Shown piece by piece: positions 11,344 to 21,072 of a stretch of DNA of 64,000 nt. The DNA is from Bacteroidota bacterium (GTDB lineage: Bacteria > Bacteroidota > Bacteroidia > AKYH767-A > OLB10), in NCBI GenBank assembly GCA_016714005.1, contig JADJOA010000009.1, positions 15,419 to 79,418 of the forward strand, written 5' to 3'. A program made the translations under genes and the position numbers. Numbering within the stretch: position 1 is the first letter of the stretch; every line of letters starts with the position of its first letter. Under the pieces are notes generated by a model. The model was not told the origin of the DNA. It made no database searches and saw only the letters and a list, made by a program, of their open reading frames with translations.

Positions 11344-12090
11344 TCAATTAAAGACGTATTCAATCTCTTTGATGTCGGGAAAAATAATTTCGCCAGTTGC
11401 TTTTTCAACCATAAGCCTTCCGTTGTTATCAACTCCGCGAATGTATCCATGAATAAAATTTCCTCTAAATTTGAAGTTTCGCATTTCATCCAAACCAAAT
11501 AGCCGCTGGTGGTATGTTTCTTTAATGGCACTCGCATTATTGTTTTTTAAGGCTTCATACCAATAAAAAATTTTGCTACGTAATTCAAGCGCTTCCTGTT
11601 GAGGCGAAAAAGTTAGCCCGCTTAATATGTATAATGAAGTAACATTTAGCAATGATTCATCAAACTTTTCCTGATTTAGATTAACACCTATGCCTGCAAT
11701 GCACCACGACAGGTTATTGGTCCTGAAAGTATTTTCAATTAAAATGCCTGCGACTTTTTTTGTCCCACATAAAATATCATTCGGCCATTTGATATTTACC
11801 CGCGCATCTGCTCTAATAACAATATAATCATACACTCCCAAAGCTATGCACATATTCAGTAAAAAAACATCCTTTACATTCAACCAATCAGGTTTTAGTA
11901 TCAGGCTCATTAATAAGTTCTCTCCCTTTTTGCTTTGCCAATTATTCCCCCTTTGCCCCCTCCCTTTGGTCTGAAAATTTGTAATTATAAGTGTGCCATC
12001 AGTGGCATCCCCATTCGCAATAAGATTGGAAGCAACATAGTTTGTTGAGGTGGTTTCATCAAAAAAAATAACCGGCTGAGAGGTGAACAT
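11344..12090 (-). CDS. birA: Biotin--[acetyl-CoA-carboxylase] ligase.
   Basis: GRGQRGNNWQS and KWPNDILCGTKKVAGILIEN are the BirA catalytic motifs. Intact 248-aa ORF. Confidence 0.85.
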   Translation of the reverse strand: MFTSQPVIFFDETTSTNYVASNLIANGDATDGTLIITNFQTKGRGQRGNNWQSKKGENLLMSLILKPDWLNVKDVFLLNMCIALGVYDYIVIRADARVNIKWPNDILCGTKKVAGILIENTFRTNNLSWCIAGIGVNLNQEKFDESLLNVTSLYILSGLTFSPQQEALELRSKIFYWYEALKNNNASAIKETYHQRLFGLDEMRNFKFRGNFIHGYIRGVDNNGRLMVEKATGEIIFPDIKEIEYVFN

Positions 12091-12285
12091 ATCCTGATTT
12101 TAGCTCTGTTTTAAACAAAAAAAGCCTATTTTTGTAATGGTATAAAAGTATTATTTAATTAAAAGTAACATTGGCAAAAACAAAAGCAAAAGAAAAGAAA
12201 CCTGCAATAAAAAAAAACAAGCATTAAAGCTGCTCCGAAAAAAGCGGCAAAGGAGTTAGCCCTAAATCAAAAACATCAATAAAGA

Positions 12286-12667
12286 GCACAACAAAAAAAA
12301 GCGGTAAAGAAAAATACCTCTCCATCATTAGTTGATATTGTTGTTTTTGGAATGGAAGAAAAAAAAAGCCAAAGACATTACGGTTCTTGACCTACGTAAT
12401 ACCGGTAACTCTGTTGCCGATTTTTTGTGATCTGCCATGCCGATTCGAGAGTACAAGTAGAGGCAATAGCAAATTCTGTTATTGAAGAAGTAGAAAAAAA
12501 TCAAAAGAAAAATTAAAGGCGAAAGAAGGTAAGCAAAATGCTGAATGGATAATTTTAGATTACTTTAACGTTGTAGCACATATATTTATAAAAGAAAAAG
12601 AGAATTTTACAACATTGAAAAGTTATGGGCTGATGCCGAAGTTTACCTAAAAGCGGTAAGCAACTAA
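12286..12667 (+). CDS. rsfS: Ribosome silencing factor RsfS (Iojap). Two homopolymer frame breaks.
   Basis: ...KAKDITVLDLRNTGNSVADFFVICHADSRVQVEAIANSVIEEVEK...NAEWIILDYFNVVAHIFIKEKENF..LEKLWADAEVY is recovered across frames. Conserved rsfS-ftsH adjacency. Confidence 0.7.
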
Positions 12668-12693
12668 CTGACAATTTGTACATGGCATAACTG

Positions 12694-14829
12694 TTGACAA
12701 AGGATAAGCAAACCAAAATAAAAATGGCTGAAGAACAAAAAGGGGACGATAAAAAGAAGAACAATTCTAATGGAAAAGGACCCAAACCGCCCGGTAAGGG
12801 ATTTAATTTTAATTTTTCATGGGTATATGGTATAGTGTTTTTACTGATACTGGCAATTTATGTTTCTGACGATTTTGGTAATAAGCCACGTCTGACAAGT
12901 TGGAATGAGTTGGACAAGAACATGCTTGCAACCCATGATGTTGATAAAATTGAAATTGTTAACCGTGAGCGTGCTGAAGTTTATATTAAACGCGATAAAC
13001 TACAACAGGAAAAGTATAAAGCAGTTGCCACAAAAACATTTGGCAATGGTGTAAACGAAGGACCGCATTATTACATGCCCATTGGCGATGTAGGAAATTT
13101 TGAATCGCGTGTTGATCAAATTCAAAAAGATTTTCCCGAAAACGAAAAAGTTACGGTTACTTACAACAATAACCCAACTTCTATATGGGAAAATATTTTT
13201 ATTACACTTTTGCCATTCATCATAATACTTGGCTTGTGGATTTTTATTATGCGTAGAATGGGTGGTGGTGCACCAGGTTCTCAAATTTTTAATATCGGAA
13301 AATCAAAAGCGCAGTTGTTTGATAAAGACCTGCACGTAAAAGTTACATTTAACGATGTTGCCGGATTAGAAGAGGCAAAAGTTGAGGTAATGGAGATAGT
13401 TGACTTTTTAAAAAATCCCAAAAAATATACTCAGCTTGGAGGAAAAATTCCAAGGGGTGCATTGCTCGTTGGTCCTCCGGGTACCGGCAAAACATTACTT
13501 GCAAAAGCTGTTGCTGGTGAGGCGCAGGTTCCGTTCTTCTCGCTTTCAGGTTCCGATTTTGTGGAGATGTTTGTTGGTGTAGGTGCATCGCGTGTAAGAG
13601 ATTTATTCCGCCAGGCAAAAGAAAAAGCACCTTCAATTATTTTTATTGATGAGATTGATGCAATAGGAAGAGCTCGCGGTAAATCGCCTTCGTTTAGTGC
13701 TAATGATGAAAGAGAAAGTACATTAAACCAATTGCTTACGGAGATGGATGGCTTTGGCAGCAACACCGGTGTTATAATTGTTGCAGCAACTAATCGTGCA
13801 GATATTTTGGATCGTGCATTGTTACGCCCTGGTAGGTTTGACAGGCAGATATATGTTGAACTACCTGATATGAACGGAAGAAAAGAAATTTTTAAAGTTC
13901 ACACAAAAGGATTGAAAGTGGATGCTACTGTTGATATTGATTTTCTGGCAAAACAAACTCCAGGTTTTTCTGGTGCGGATATCGCAAACCTTTGTAACGA
14001 AGCAGCTTTAATTGCTGCAAGGAGAAATAAAGTTGCCGTTGGAAAAGAAGATTTTTTAGCCGCTGTTGACAGGATTATTGGTGGGCTTGAAAAGAAAAAT
14101 AAAATTATTACCAAGCACGAAAAGGAAGTTATTGCATACCATGAATCGGGACATGCTACGGTAAGTTGGATGTTGCAATATGCGCACCCATTAGTTAAGG
14201 TTACAATTGTGCCTCGAGGAAATTCATTAGGTGCTGCATGGTACTTGCCTGAAGAACGTCAACTCACAACCAAAGAGCAAATATTGGATGAGATGTGCGC
14301 TGCGCTTGGTGGAAGGGCTGCAGAAGATATTGTTTTTGGAAGCGTGAGCACGGGAGCATTAAGCGATTTGGAAAAAATAACGAAGCAGGCTTATGCAAGC
14401 ATTGCCATTTTTGGTTTAAATGAAAAGATTGGAAATGTAAGTTATTACGACTCCAGCGGCCAACAAGACTATAGCTTTACAAAACCATATTCTGAAAAAA
14501 CTGCTCAGATAATAGACGAGGAAGTAAAGAAGTTGATAGAAGAAGCTTACGTTAGAACTAAAAAACTTTTAGTAGAGAACAGGGAAAAATTAGATGACCT
14601 TGCGAAAAGATTATTAGAACGAGAGGTTATTTTTAAAGAAGATTTGGAAGAAATTTTTGGCAACCGCCAGTGGGAAGAGAGCGAAAAAGCAACTTTTAAC
14701 AGCACACTTTTGGGAGAAGAGAAAGGCAACGGAGTTCCTAAATCTTCTGCCGAAACACCAATGCCAGACCAGACTGCGCCTGCGTCAGATAAACAGGAAA
14801 ATAATCCTGTTGTAAAAATTGAAGGGTAA
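12694..14829 (+). CDS. ftsH: ATP-dependent zinc metalloprotease FtsH.
   Basis: Walker A GPPGTGKTLLAKAVAGEA, the second region of homology, the zinc motif HESGHA and two TM segments. Intact 711-aa ORF. Confidence 0.95.
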   Translation: MTKDKQTKIKMAEEQKGDDKKKNNSNGKGPKPPGKGFNFNFSWVYGIVFLLILAIYVSDDFGNKPRLTSWNELDKNMLATHDVDKIEIVNRERAEVYIKRDKLQQEKYKAVATKTFGNGVNEGPHYYMPIGDVGNFESRVDQIQKDFPENEKVTVTYNNNPTSIWENIFITLLPFIIILGLWIFIMRRMGGGAPGSQIFNIGKSKAQLFDKDLHVKVTFNDVAGLEEAKVEVMEIVDFLKNPKKYTQLGGKIPRGALLVGPPGTGKTLLAKAVAGEAQVPFFSLSGSDFVEMFVGVGASRVRDLFRQAKEKAPSIIFIDEIDAIGRARGKSPSFSANDERESTLNQLLTEMDGFGSNTGVIIVAATNRADILDRALLRPGRFDRQIYVELPDMNGRKEIFKVHTKGLKVDATVDIDFLAKQTPGFSGADIANLCNEAALIAARRNKVAVGKEDFLAAVDRIIGGLEKKNKIITKHEKEVIAYHESGHATVSWMLQYAHPLVKVTIVPRGNSLGAAWYLPEERQLTTKEQILDEMCAALGGRAAEDIVFGSVSTGALSDLEKITKQAYASIAIFGLNEKIGNVSYYDSSGQQDYSFTKPYSEKTAQIIDEEVKKLIEEAYVRTKKLLVENREKLDDLAKRLLEREVIFKEDLEEIFGNRQWEESEKATFNSTLLGEEKGNGVPKSSAETPMPDQTAPASDKQENNPVVKIEG

Positions 14830-14857
14830 CACACTTTCTCTTTTTTAATCAGGTAGT

Positions 14858-15426
14858 ATGCAGGAAAGCACTAACAGAGAAAAAGTATTAAAAAAATACG
14901 AGCTGCTCTGTTGCACAAAACTCCTAATCCTTATCCTAATTTAGATTTTGAAAAAAATGTTTTTGTTGTAAGTGATGTACCTGCTGAACTTGTTTTTGCA
15001 GAAAAGTTTCAGAAACTCGGTGGGCTATTAGTGATTTGCGAAACCAAAAACGAAATTATTGAATCGCTGGCTGCCATAAGCCGGGAAAATAATTGGACGG
15101 AAGTTTTTTGTGTTGACAAAAATATTTCTTCGATGCTTGATGAAATAAATTTTCCTCACCAATCTATTTTTGATATACAGGAGGATAAGAATGTGCAGGC
15201 AGCAATTATTCCGGCTGAGGCATTGATTGCTAATGCAGGCATGGCAGTAATAAATATAGGCAAAGAGCATGGCAGATTATTGCCTGCAATAGCAGAGAAC
15301 CTTCTAATCATTTGTGATGCGGCAAAAATTAATGATGATTTAAAAACATTTTTTGCAACCACAAAAGCAACATATAACGGCAATCACCCATCAGGTTTTT
15401 TACTTTATATCACCGGCTGCAACTAA
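14858..15426 (+). CDS. LUD-domain (LutC/YkgG-like) protein. Frameshift near 14900, and possibly another near 15415.
   Basis: NVFVVSDVPAELVFAEKFQKLGG...AIIPAEALIANAGMAVINIG...LLYITG resembles the LUD domain. Confidence 0.4.
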
Positions 15427-15563
15427 AATAATGTTGCCATCAGGCGAAAAAGTTGCATCGGCAATATTTAAAAAAATGTATTTGGTAATGTTAATGAATG
15501 ATGGAGAGTTACAAAGTTGAAATTTTTCAGACCAATTTCTCCCCACCCAACTCTCTTTAATGT

Positions 15564-16010
15564 TTACCAGCCATTTATTTTCAAGCTCTTGTTTGGTTGT
15601 AATGAGGTTGTTGTAAATTTTGTTTCTAGAGAAATATGGTTGCCTTCTAACAACTTTTTGAGCTTAGTGAAATGCGAAATTTGGTTTTGGTTTTTTTGGT
15701 TGTAAACCACATTAAACCTGTTGAATAGGTTTACGCTAAATCTCTTTTCAATTTCCCTAATAAAGTGAACGGATTTATCAATAGAGCAACCGCTTGCATC
15801 GTTATAAGATTCATCAACACCAATAACTAAAAACAAATTGTGAAAAACTTTGAAGCTTGCTTTAAGTGTTTGCTGGTGGGCAGTCCATTGTTCAATAAAT
15901 AACTTTCCGTGATCATTGATTTGAGAAATTTCTTCTTCCGAAAATTTTCTATCAGCCTGGTAAATCCAAATGCGGGCACTATCGGGTAATGATTCAAATG
16001 GTATATACAT
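15564..16010 (-). CDS. Hypothetical protein, co-directional with relA and 1 nt downstream of it.
   Basis: 148-aa ORF with no family I recognise. Tight coupling (1-nt gap) to the relA stop suggests co-transcription. Confidence 0.4.
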   Translation of the reverse strand: MYIPFESLPDSARIWIYQADRKFSEEEISQINDHGKLFIEQWTAHQQTLKASFKVFHNLFLVIGVDESYNDASGCSIDKSVHFIREIEKRFSVNLFNRFNVVYNQKNQNQISHFTKLKKLLEGNHISLETKFTTTSLQPNKSLKINGW

Positions 16011-16011
16011 T

Positions 16012-18261
16012 TTATTGTGCGTCTATGCGTGTTACAGAAAGTATTCCATTGAGCGATTGCAGTTTTTTCATTAGCTTTCGTAAGTGCTCTGTATCCTGTA
16101 CGAATAACATGATGGTTCCGTCAAACAATCCCTCGTTGCTATCAATACTAATAGAGCGCATGTTTACTTTCAGTTCGCTTGAAATAATTTTAGTAATATT
16201 ATTTACAACCCCCACCTCATCCACTCCACGAATTCTGACACCGGCAAGAAAGGATATTTGCTGTTGTCCTGTCCATTTTGCTTTTACAATTCTGTAACCA
16301 TAATTGCTCATTAACTGAATTGCGTTGGGGCAACTTACGCGGTGTATTTTTATTCCATCATGTATAGTTATAAAGCCAAACACATCATCACCAGGAATAG
16401 GATTGCAGCAAGGAGATAACTTGTAATCAATCTTATCCAAATTCTCACCTAACACCAGCATATCGCTTGATCCGCGCACACTTTTAACCATTTCCTCCAA
16501 CGAGGGTTGCTCTCCTTTGTGATGTGCTTTTTGTACTTGTGATTCTTTAGATTCTATTGCATCACGTAAAGATTTTAAATCAAGCGTATCGATAGCTATC
16601 CGGTAATAAAACTCCTGTGAACTTGGCACTTTGTAGTAAAGCAAAATATCATTCATATTAAGCGAAGCCTCAGCTACTTTTAAATGCCTAAGTTTTCGGA
16701 GAAATATCTCTTTGCCCTCGTCAGCCAAAAATTTCTTCTCTTCCTTTAGCGCAGCTTTTATTTTTGACTTTGCCTTTGCGGTTATAATAAAACTCAGCCA
16801 ATCTTCTTTTGGAGATTGTTTCTCGGAAGTAAGAATCTCTACCTGATCCCCACTTTGTAATTTGTGACTTATGGGTACTAAACGGTGATTGATTTTTGCA
16901 CCAATACATTTGCTTCCAACGGCTGAGTGTATTTCGTAAGCAAAATCCAGAGCAGTGCTGCCAACAGGCAAGGTTTTTAATTCGCCCTTTGGTGTAAACA
17001 CAAAAATTTCTTCAGCAAAAAGATTGAGTTTAAACTCATCAATAAAATCCAAAGCATTGCTCTCAGGGTTTTCGAGCATCTCCCTGATTTTATTTAACCA
17101 TTCATCTAAAGCGCTTTCTGCACCTGTAGATGATTCTTTGTATTTCCAATGCGCTGCAAAACCTTTCTCTGCAATTTCATTCATACGCAAACTTCTTATC
17201 TGCACTTCCACCCACTTACCTGTATCACTCATAACAGTTGTGTGCAATGCTTCGTAACCATTTGATTTGGGCGTAGAAATCCAATCGCGCAAACGGTCGG
17301 GGTTGGGAACATATGAATCGGTAACTATGGAATACACATGCCAGCAATCTGCTTTTTCGTTGTGCTGCTCTGTGTCTATGATTATTCTGATGGCAAACAA
17401 ATCGTAAATCTCTTCAAAGCTTACGCCTTGCCTTTTCATTTTATTCCAAATACTGTTGATTGATTTTGGTCTGCCTTTTATTTCAAAATTGAACCCTTGC
17501 TTTTTTAATTCGTCTTTTATTGGCTGCACAAACTCGGCAATAAATTTGTCGCGTTCCTTTTTACTCTCCTGTAATTTGTCGGCAAGTGTTTTATAAACTT
17601 CGGGCTCGGTAAATTTTAAAGCCAAATCATCAAGCTCAGTTTTAATATTATATAAACCAAGTCTGTGAGCAAGCGGTGCGTATAGGTATGCCGTTTCACT
17701 TGCAATTTTAAGTTGCTTTTCGCGCGCCATGCTTGATAAGGTACGCATGTTGTGCAAACGGTCGGCAAGTTTTATAAGTATTACCCTTACATCATCAGAA
17801 AGTGTGAGCAACATTTTTCTGAAGTTTTCTGCCTGCAATGATGATGAATGATCAAATACACCGGAAATTTTGGTAAGTCCATCAATGATGGTGGCGCATT
17901 TTTTACCAAACATTCCTTCCACATCTTCTAATGTAAGGTGCGTGTCTTCTACCGTATCGTGCAATAAGGCACAAACAATAGCGGTGGTGCCCAAACCAAT
18001 TTCCTCGGCAACTATTTGTGCCACGGCAATGGGATGATAGATATATGGCTCGCCCGATTTTCTGCGCATTTCTTTATGCGCTTCCAATGCAGTGTTAAAT
18101 GCAAGACGAATAAGTTTTTTATCGCCTGTGTGCATGTTTGGTTTGCATGCTTTTAAAAGCGCACGGTAACGTTTAAGAATTTCGTTTTTTTCTTCTTCGC
18201 TGCCGGGTTTTATTTTGATGATTGGTGCATCATCATTTAATGCCATTCTTTTTTCGATCAA
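16012..18261 (-). CDS. relA: Bifunctional (p)ppGpp synthetase/hydrolase (RelA/SpoT homologue, Rsh).
   Basis: HD hydrolase motif (HPIAVAQIVAEEIGLGTTAIVCALLHDTVEDT), synthetase domain, TGS and C-terminal ACT region. Intact 749-aa ORF. Confidence 0.93.
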   Translation of the reverse strand: MIEKRMALNDDAPIIKIKPGSEEEKNEILKRYRALLKACKPNMHTGDKKLIRLAFNTALEAHKEMRRKSGEPYIYHPIAVAQIVAEEIGLGTTAIVCALLHDTVEDTHLTLEDVEGMFGKKCATIIDGLTKISGVFDHSSSLQAENFRKMLLTLSDDVRVILIKLADRLHNMRTLSSMAREKQLKIASETAYLYAPLAHRLGLYNIKTELDDLALKFTEPEVYKTLADKLQESKKERDKFIAEFVQPIKDELKKQGFNFEIKGRPKSINSIWNKMKRQGVSFEEIYDLFAIRIIIDTEQHNEKADCWHVYSIVTDSYVPNPDRLRDWISTPKSNGYEALHTTVMSDTGKWVEVQIRSLRMNEIAEKGFAAHWKYKESSTGAESALDEWLNKIREMLENPESNALDFIDEFKLNLFAEEIFVFTPKGELKTLPVGSTALDFAYEIHSAVGSKCIGAKINHRLVPISHKLQSGDQVEILTSEKQSPKEDWLSFIITAKAKSKIKAALKEEKKFLADEGKEIFLRKLRHLKVAEASLNMNDILLYYKVPSSQEFYYRIAIDTLDLKSLRDAIESKESQVQKAHHKGEQPSLEEMVKSVRGSSDMLVLGENLDKIDYKLSPCCNPIPGDDVFGFITIHDGIKIHRVSCPNAIQLMSNYGYRIVKAKWTGQQQISFLAGVRIRGVDEVGVVNNITKIISSELKVNMRSISIDSNEGLFDGTIMLFVQDTEHLRKLMKKLQSLNGILSVTRIDAQ

Positions 18262-18811
18262 TTTATTACTTGACTAAGCGTTTGATTTTTGACTTTACTA
18301 AATTACAGATTTGTTTATTTAATTAAGATAAACGACACAAAAATAGATTCAAATAATAAAATAAATTCTGTTCATCACCTTTTTAATGAAAGGTGCCAAA
18401 TAAAGAATTGAAGTGATACCATTACATATGTAATAAACCACTAGCGCATCCATATAAAGATAAATCTGCGAGTAAAACCGTAATTGACCAAAAATTAAGA
18501 ACGAGTGTAACAAAAAAAATTGTCCCAGCACTCATAAAAAATGCAAACTTAAAGTTTGAAGAAGATGTACCCAAGCAAAAAGGGGAAGCCATCAGGGGTG
18601 TTTCTTTATGCAAAAAAAATTAAAAAAATGCTAAAACCTTGCATCCGCTTACTACGTATTTGTAGTAGGAGGTGAAATTAATATAAGAGATGAGCTAATG
18701 AGTTTAACAGGTGATTTTAACTTTTGAGTTAAACTTTTCTTACAACAGCATTATTTCAAAATTGACGTTAAAGCATGATTATTGAGAACACAGGTATAAA
18801 AAAAATATATC

Positions 18812-18985
18812 ATGCAAACGGACTCAAACATTACTTACAATCACATGCAGGAGGAAAAAAGTGTTTCATCAAAATATTTTAAAATGAGCGGGAGCTTTAG
18901 AAAGCAAACAGCAACTTTATTTTTAGTTGAAGAATTATTGGTGGTAGGTATGCTTTGCGGTTTAATTTACCTGTTTGTTCAATAA
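18812..18985 (+). CDS. Possible 57-aa small membrane protein in the long relA upstream gap.
   Basis: MQTDSNITYNHMQEEKSVSSKYFKMSGSFRKQTATLFLVEELLVVGMLCGLIYLFVQ has a single C-terminal TM helix. No homology recognised. Confidence 0.2.
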   Translation: MQTDSNITYNHMQEEKSVSSKYFKMSGSFRKQTATLFLVEELLVVGMLCGLIYLFVQ

Positions 18986-18991
18986 ACAATT

Positions 18992-19369
18992 TCAGTTGAA
19001 GATTTCTTTTTGGGTGAACGCATGAAAAGATTCTCTCAACTCTTTAAACCCTTTTTCGAACTGCGTTAATTTCTCTTTTTCCTCGAGATGCAGTTCAGCT
19101 AAATTTTCAAGAGGACTTTTGGAACTGCTTTCAATCCTGTTTTCGTGTTGTTTAAAATCGTGGCGCATTACATCCAATGTTTCAGCCTGAATGATGAACT
19201 GGTTTTGAAAATGCTCAACCTGTACAAAATCAATTTCAGAGCTTTTTCCCTTCACAAAATCATCTAATTCATTTGTTAGCGCTTTAATTTCCATTTTGTA
19301 GAAATTAATTTTTCCTTGCCACTCTTTGTGGTCGGCAAGCATTTCGATGAGTTGATGGCGTGTGTGCAT
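18992..19369 (-). CDS. Hypothetical helical protein.
   Basis: 125 aa, charged and helical, no signal peptide. Lies immediately downstream of the T9SS cargo gene on the same strand. Confidence 0.4.
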   Translation of the reverse strand: MHTRHQLIEMLADHKEWQGKINFYKMEIKALTNELDDFVKGKSSEIDFVQVEHFQNQFIIQAETLDVMRHDFKQHENRIESSSKSPLENLAELHLEEKEKLTQFEKGFKELRESFHAFTQKEIFN

Positions 19370-19387
19370 GGTGTTTGTTTTTGATTT

Positions 19388-20827
19388 CTACTTTATAATT
19401 TTTACGCTATGAGTTTTTCCATCTACGGTTAAACCGACTATGTAAACTCCTTTGGGTTTATTCTTTAATGAAATTCGTTTATCTGAATGCGAATTTAATT
19501 TGAAGCTGAATTTTGCAATTAGTTCTCCGTTAGCGTCAAATAATTTAATTTGTGAAAGTGAATTAGCCAATGGGTTATTTGCAGAGATTATCATTTCTTC
19601 CATATTACTATCATAATTAATGGTAACTCCTTTAATATAAGTAAAACTTAAAACAGAAGTTATAACAATTACGTTGGAGCCTGATGAGCAATTATTACTA
19701 TCAGATATAAGGCAGAAGTACTGCCCCGCCTGTGTTGGTACATAGGTTTGTGATGTAGCGCCCGCAATTGCTACAATGCCTATATACCATTGGTAAGAAT
19801 AAGCAGGCGAACAAATTAAAGTATCGTTGCTTTGTGTGATGGTGGGTTGCGTTGGTCTGGGATGAACCGTAATAAATGATGTATAGGTTGTAGTCCCGCT
19901 TCCGCTTACATTGCTTACGGTAAGTGTTACGGGATAGGTACCGTAATTCAGGTAACAAACTTGCGAATGGTTTTGCAGGTTTGATGTATCGGGCTGGCCC
20001 CCCGGTAAAGACCATGCCCATGACGTTGGCGTATTGGTAGAAAGATCAGTAAAACCAATGCATGATGTTTCGCAAAGGACAGAATCGGATGCAGAAAAAA
20101 TAGCGACAGGCAAATTAGCCGGTAAAGAAGAAAGTTCAATATCATCAACTGCAAAAGAAGGGTCGGTGCCCGCGTTTGCATTATTTTTCCAGCGCAATCC
20201 TATTTTTAAATTTGAAATATTATCGCATGTAGTAGGTAAGTTAAAAGTATAATCAGTCCATGTTCCCTGACCGCTTCCGCAAATAGCAGTCTTTGCTGGA
20301 TTGGATAGCAATAACCAGGTTAATCCTGCATCTACACTATATTCAACCGTTGCATCATCATTAGCGCCTTGCCCGTTTTCTATATAACGGAAGTTTAAAA
20401 TAATGCCGGTTTTTCCTAAAGTATTAATTACGGGAGATTGTACTCTTTTATCTGTAGTGGGGTCTTCGCCTAATAAAATTGGACCAGCATTATAAGTAGC
20501 ACCACAATCGCCATTAGGGCAAACGAGGCAAAGAGTGCAAGGAACGCTTCCCACATGCAGCGTTGCATTGTTTCCGCAACCTGCACCGCAAGCACCGGTG
20601 GCTTCGCCATTTTCTGAACAACTGATAAACCAATCGTTAGCCACGTTGCCATTGGTGCCTGTTTGAGTAACGCTCCATGTTCCGTTGGCAGATGAGTATC
20701 CATCAGCTATGCAATTAGCTGTACATCCGTTATTAAAATTTTCTGCCCAGAATACAACGGGTTGTGCTTTAAGAAAGCATAATTGGATTAAAAAAAGGCA
20801 TGTAGTTAAAAGATAACTTTTAGGCAT
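19388..20827 (-). CDS. Secreted Cys-rich protein with a PKD-like domain and a T9SS C-terminal sorting domain.
   Basis: Signal peptide MPKSYLLTTCLFLIQLCFLKAQ. Cys-rich N-terminal module. PKD-like PVTLTVSNVSGSGTTTYTSFITV. Por-type tail ...KGVYIVGLTVDGKTHSVKIIK. Confidence 0.7.
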   Translation of the reverse strand: MPKSYLLTTCLFLIQLCFLKAQPVVFWAENFNNGCTANCIADGYSSANGTWSVTQTGTNGNVANDWFISCSENGEATGACGAGCGNNATLHVGSVPCTLCLVCPNGDCGATYNAGPILLGEDPTTDKRVQSPVINTLGKTGIILNFRYIENGQGANDDATVEYSVDAGLTWLLLSNPAKTAICGSGQGTWTDYTFNLPTTCDNISNLKIGLRWKNNANAGTDPSFAVDDIELSSLPANLPVAIFSASDSVLCETSCIGFTDLSTNTPTSWAWSLPGGQPDTSNLQNHSQVCYLNYGTYPVTLTVSNVSGSGTTTYTSFITVHPRPTQPTITQSNDTLICSPAYSYQWYIGIVAIAGATSQTYVPTQAGQYFCLISDSNNCSSGSNVIVITSVLSFTYIKGVTINYDSNMEEMIISANNPLANSLSQIKLFDANGELIAKFSFKLNSHSDKRISLKNKPKGVYIVGLTVDGKTHSVKIIK

Positions 20828-21072
20828 AGGTGAAATGTTGAGTGGTATAAATGTAATAATTTATCAAATACAAGAAAAACACTTTACTTTTTTTGAAATC
20901 TTACACATTTTAAGTCAACAAGTTTTATTTTTTTACTAAGCGGTATTAGAGGTAAACAGCATAAATCTACCCGCAATAATAGTATCCCTAACGGCATAAT
21001 CTTACAATTGTAATGTAAATAGCCAAAAGCTGATGGCAGCAACTCTTTTCGGTTGGAGTTTTGTAATTGTAG

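Noticed and set aside
13000-14114. Four antisense ORFs (71-111 aa) inside ftsH.
   Set aside because: They lie opposite a strongly conserved, intact ftsH reading frame and are typical spurious antisense ORFs.
15300-15563. Minus-strand read-through extension (...FSPDGNIILVAAGDIK) that would lengthen the 148-aa hypothetical ORF.
   Set aside because: It overlaps the 3' end of the LUD-domain gene, which has clear family similarity. It cannot be resolved without resequencing, so I kept the shorter ORF and noted the ambiguity.
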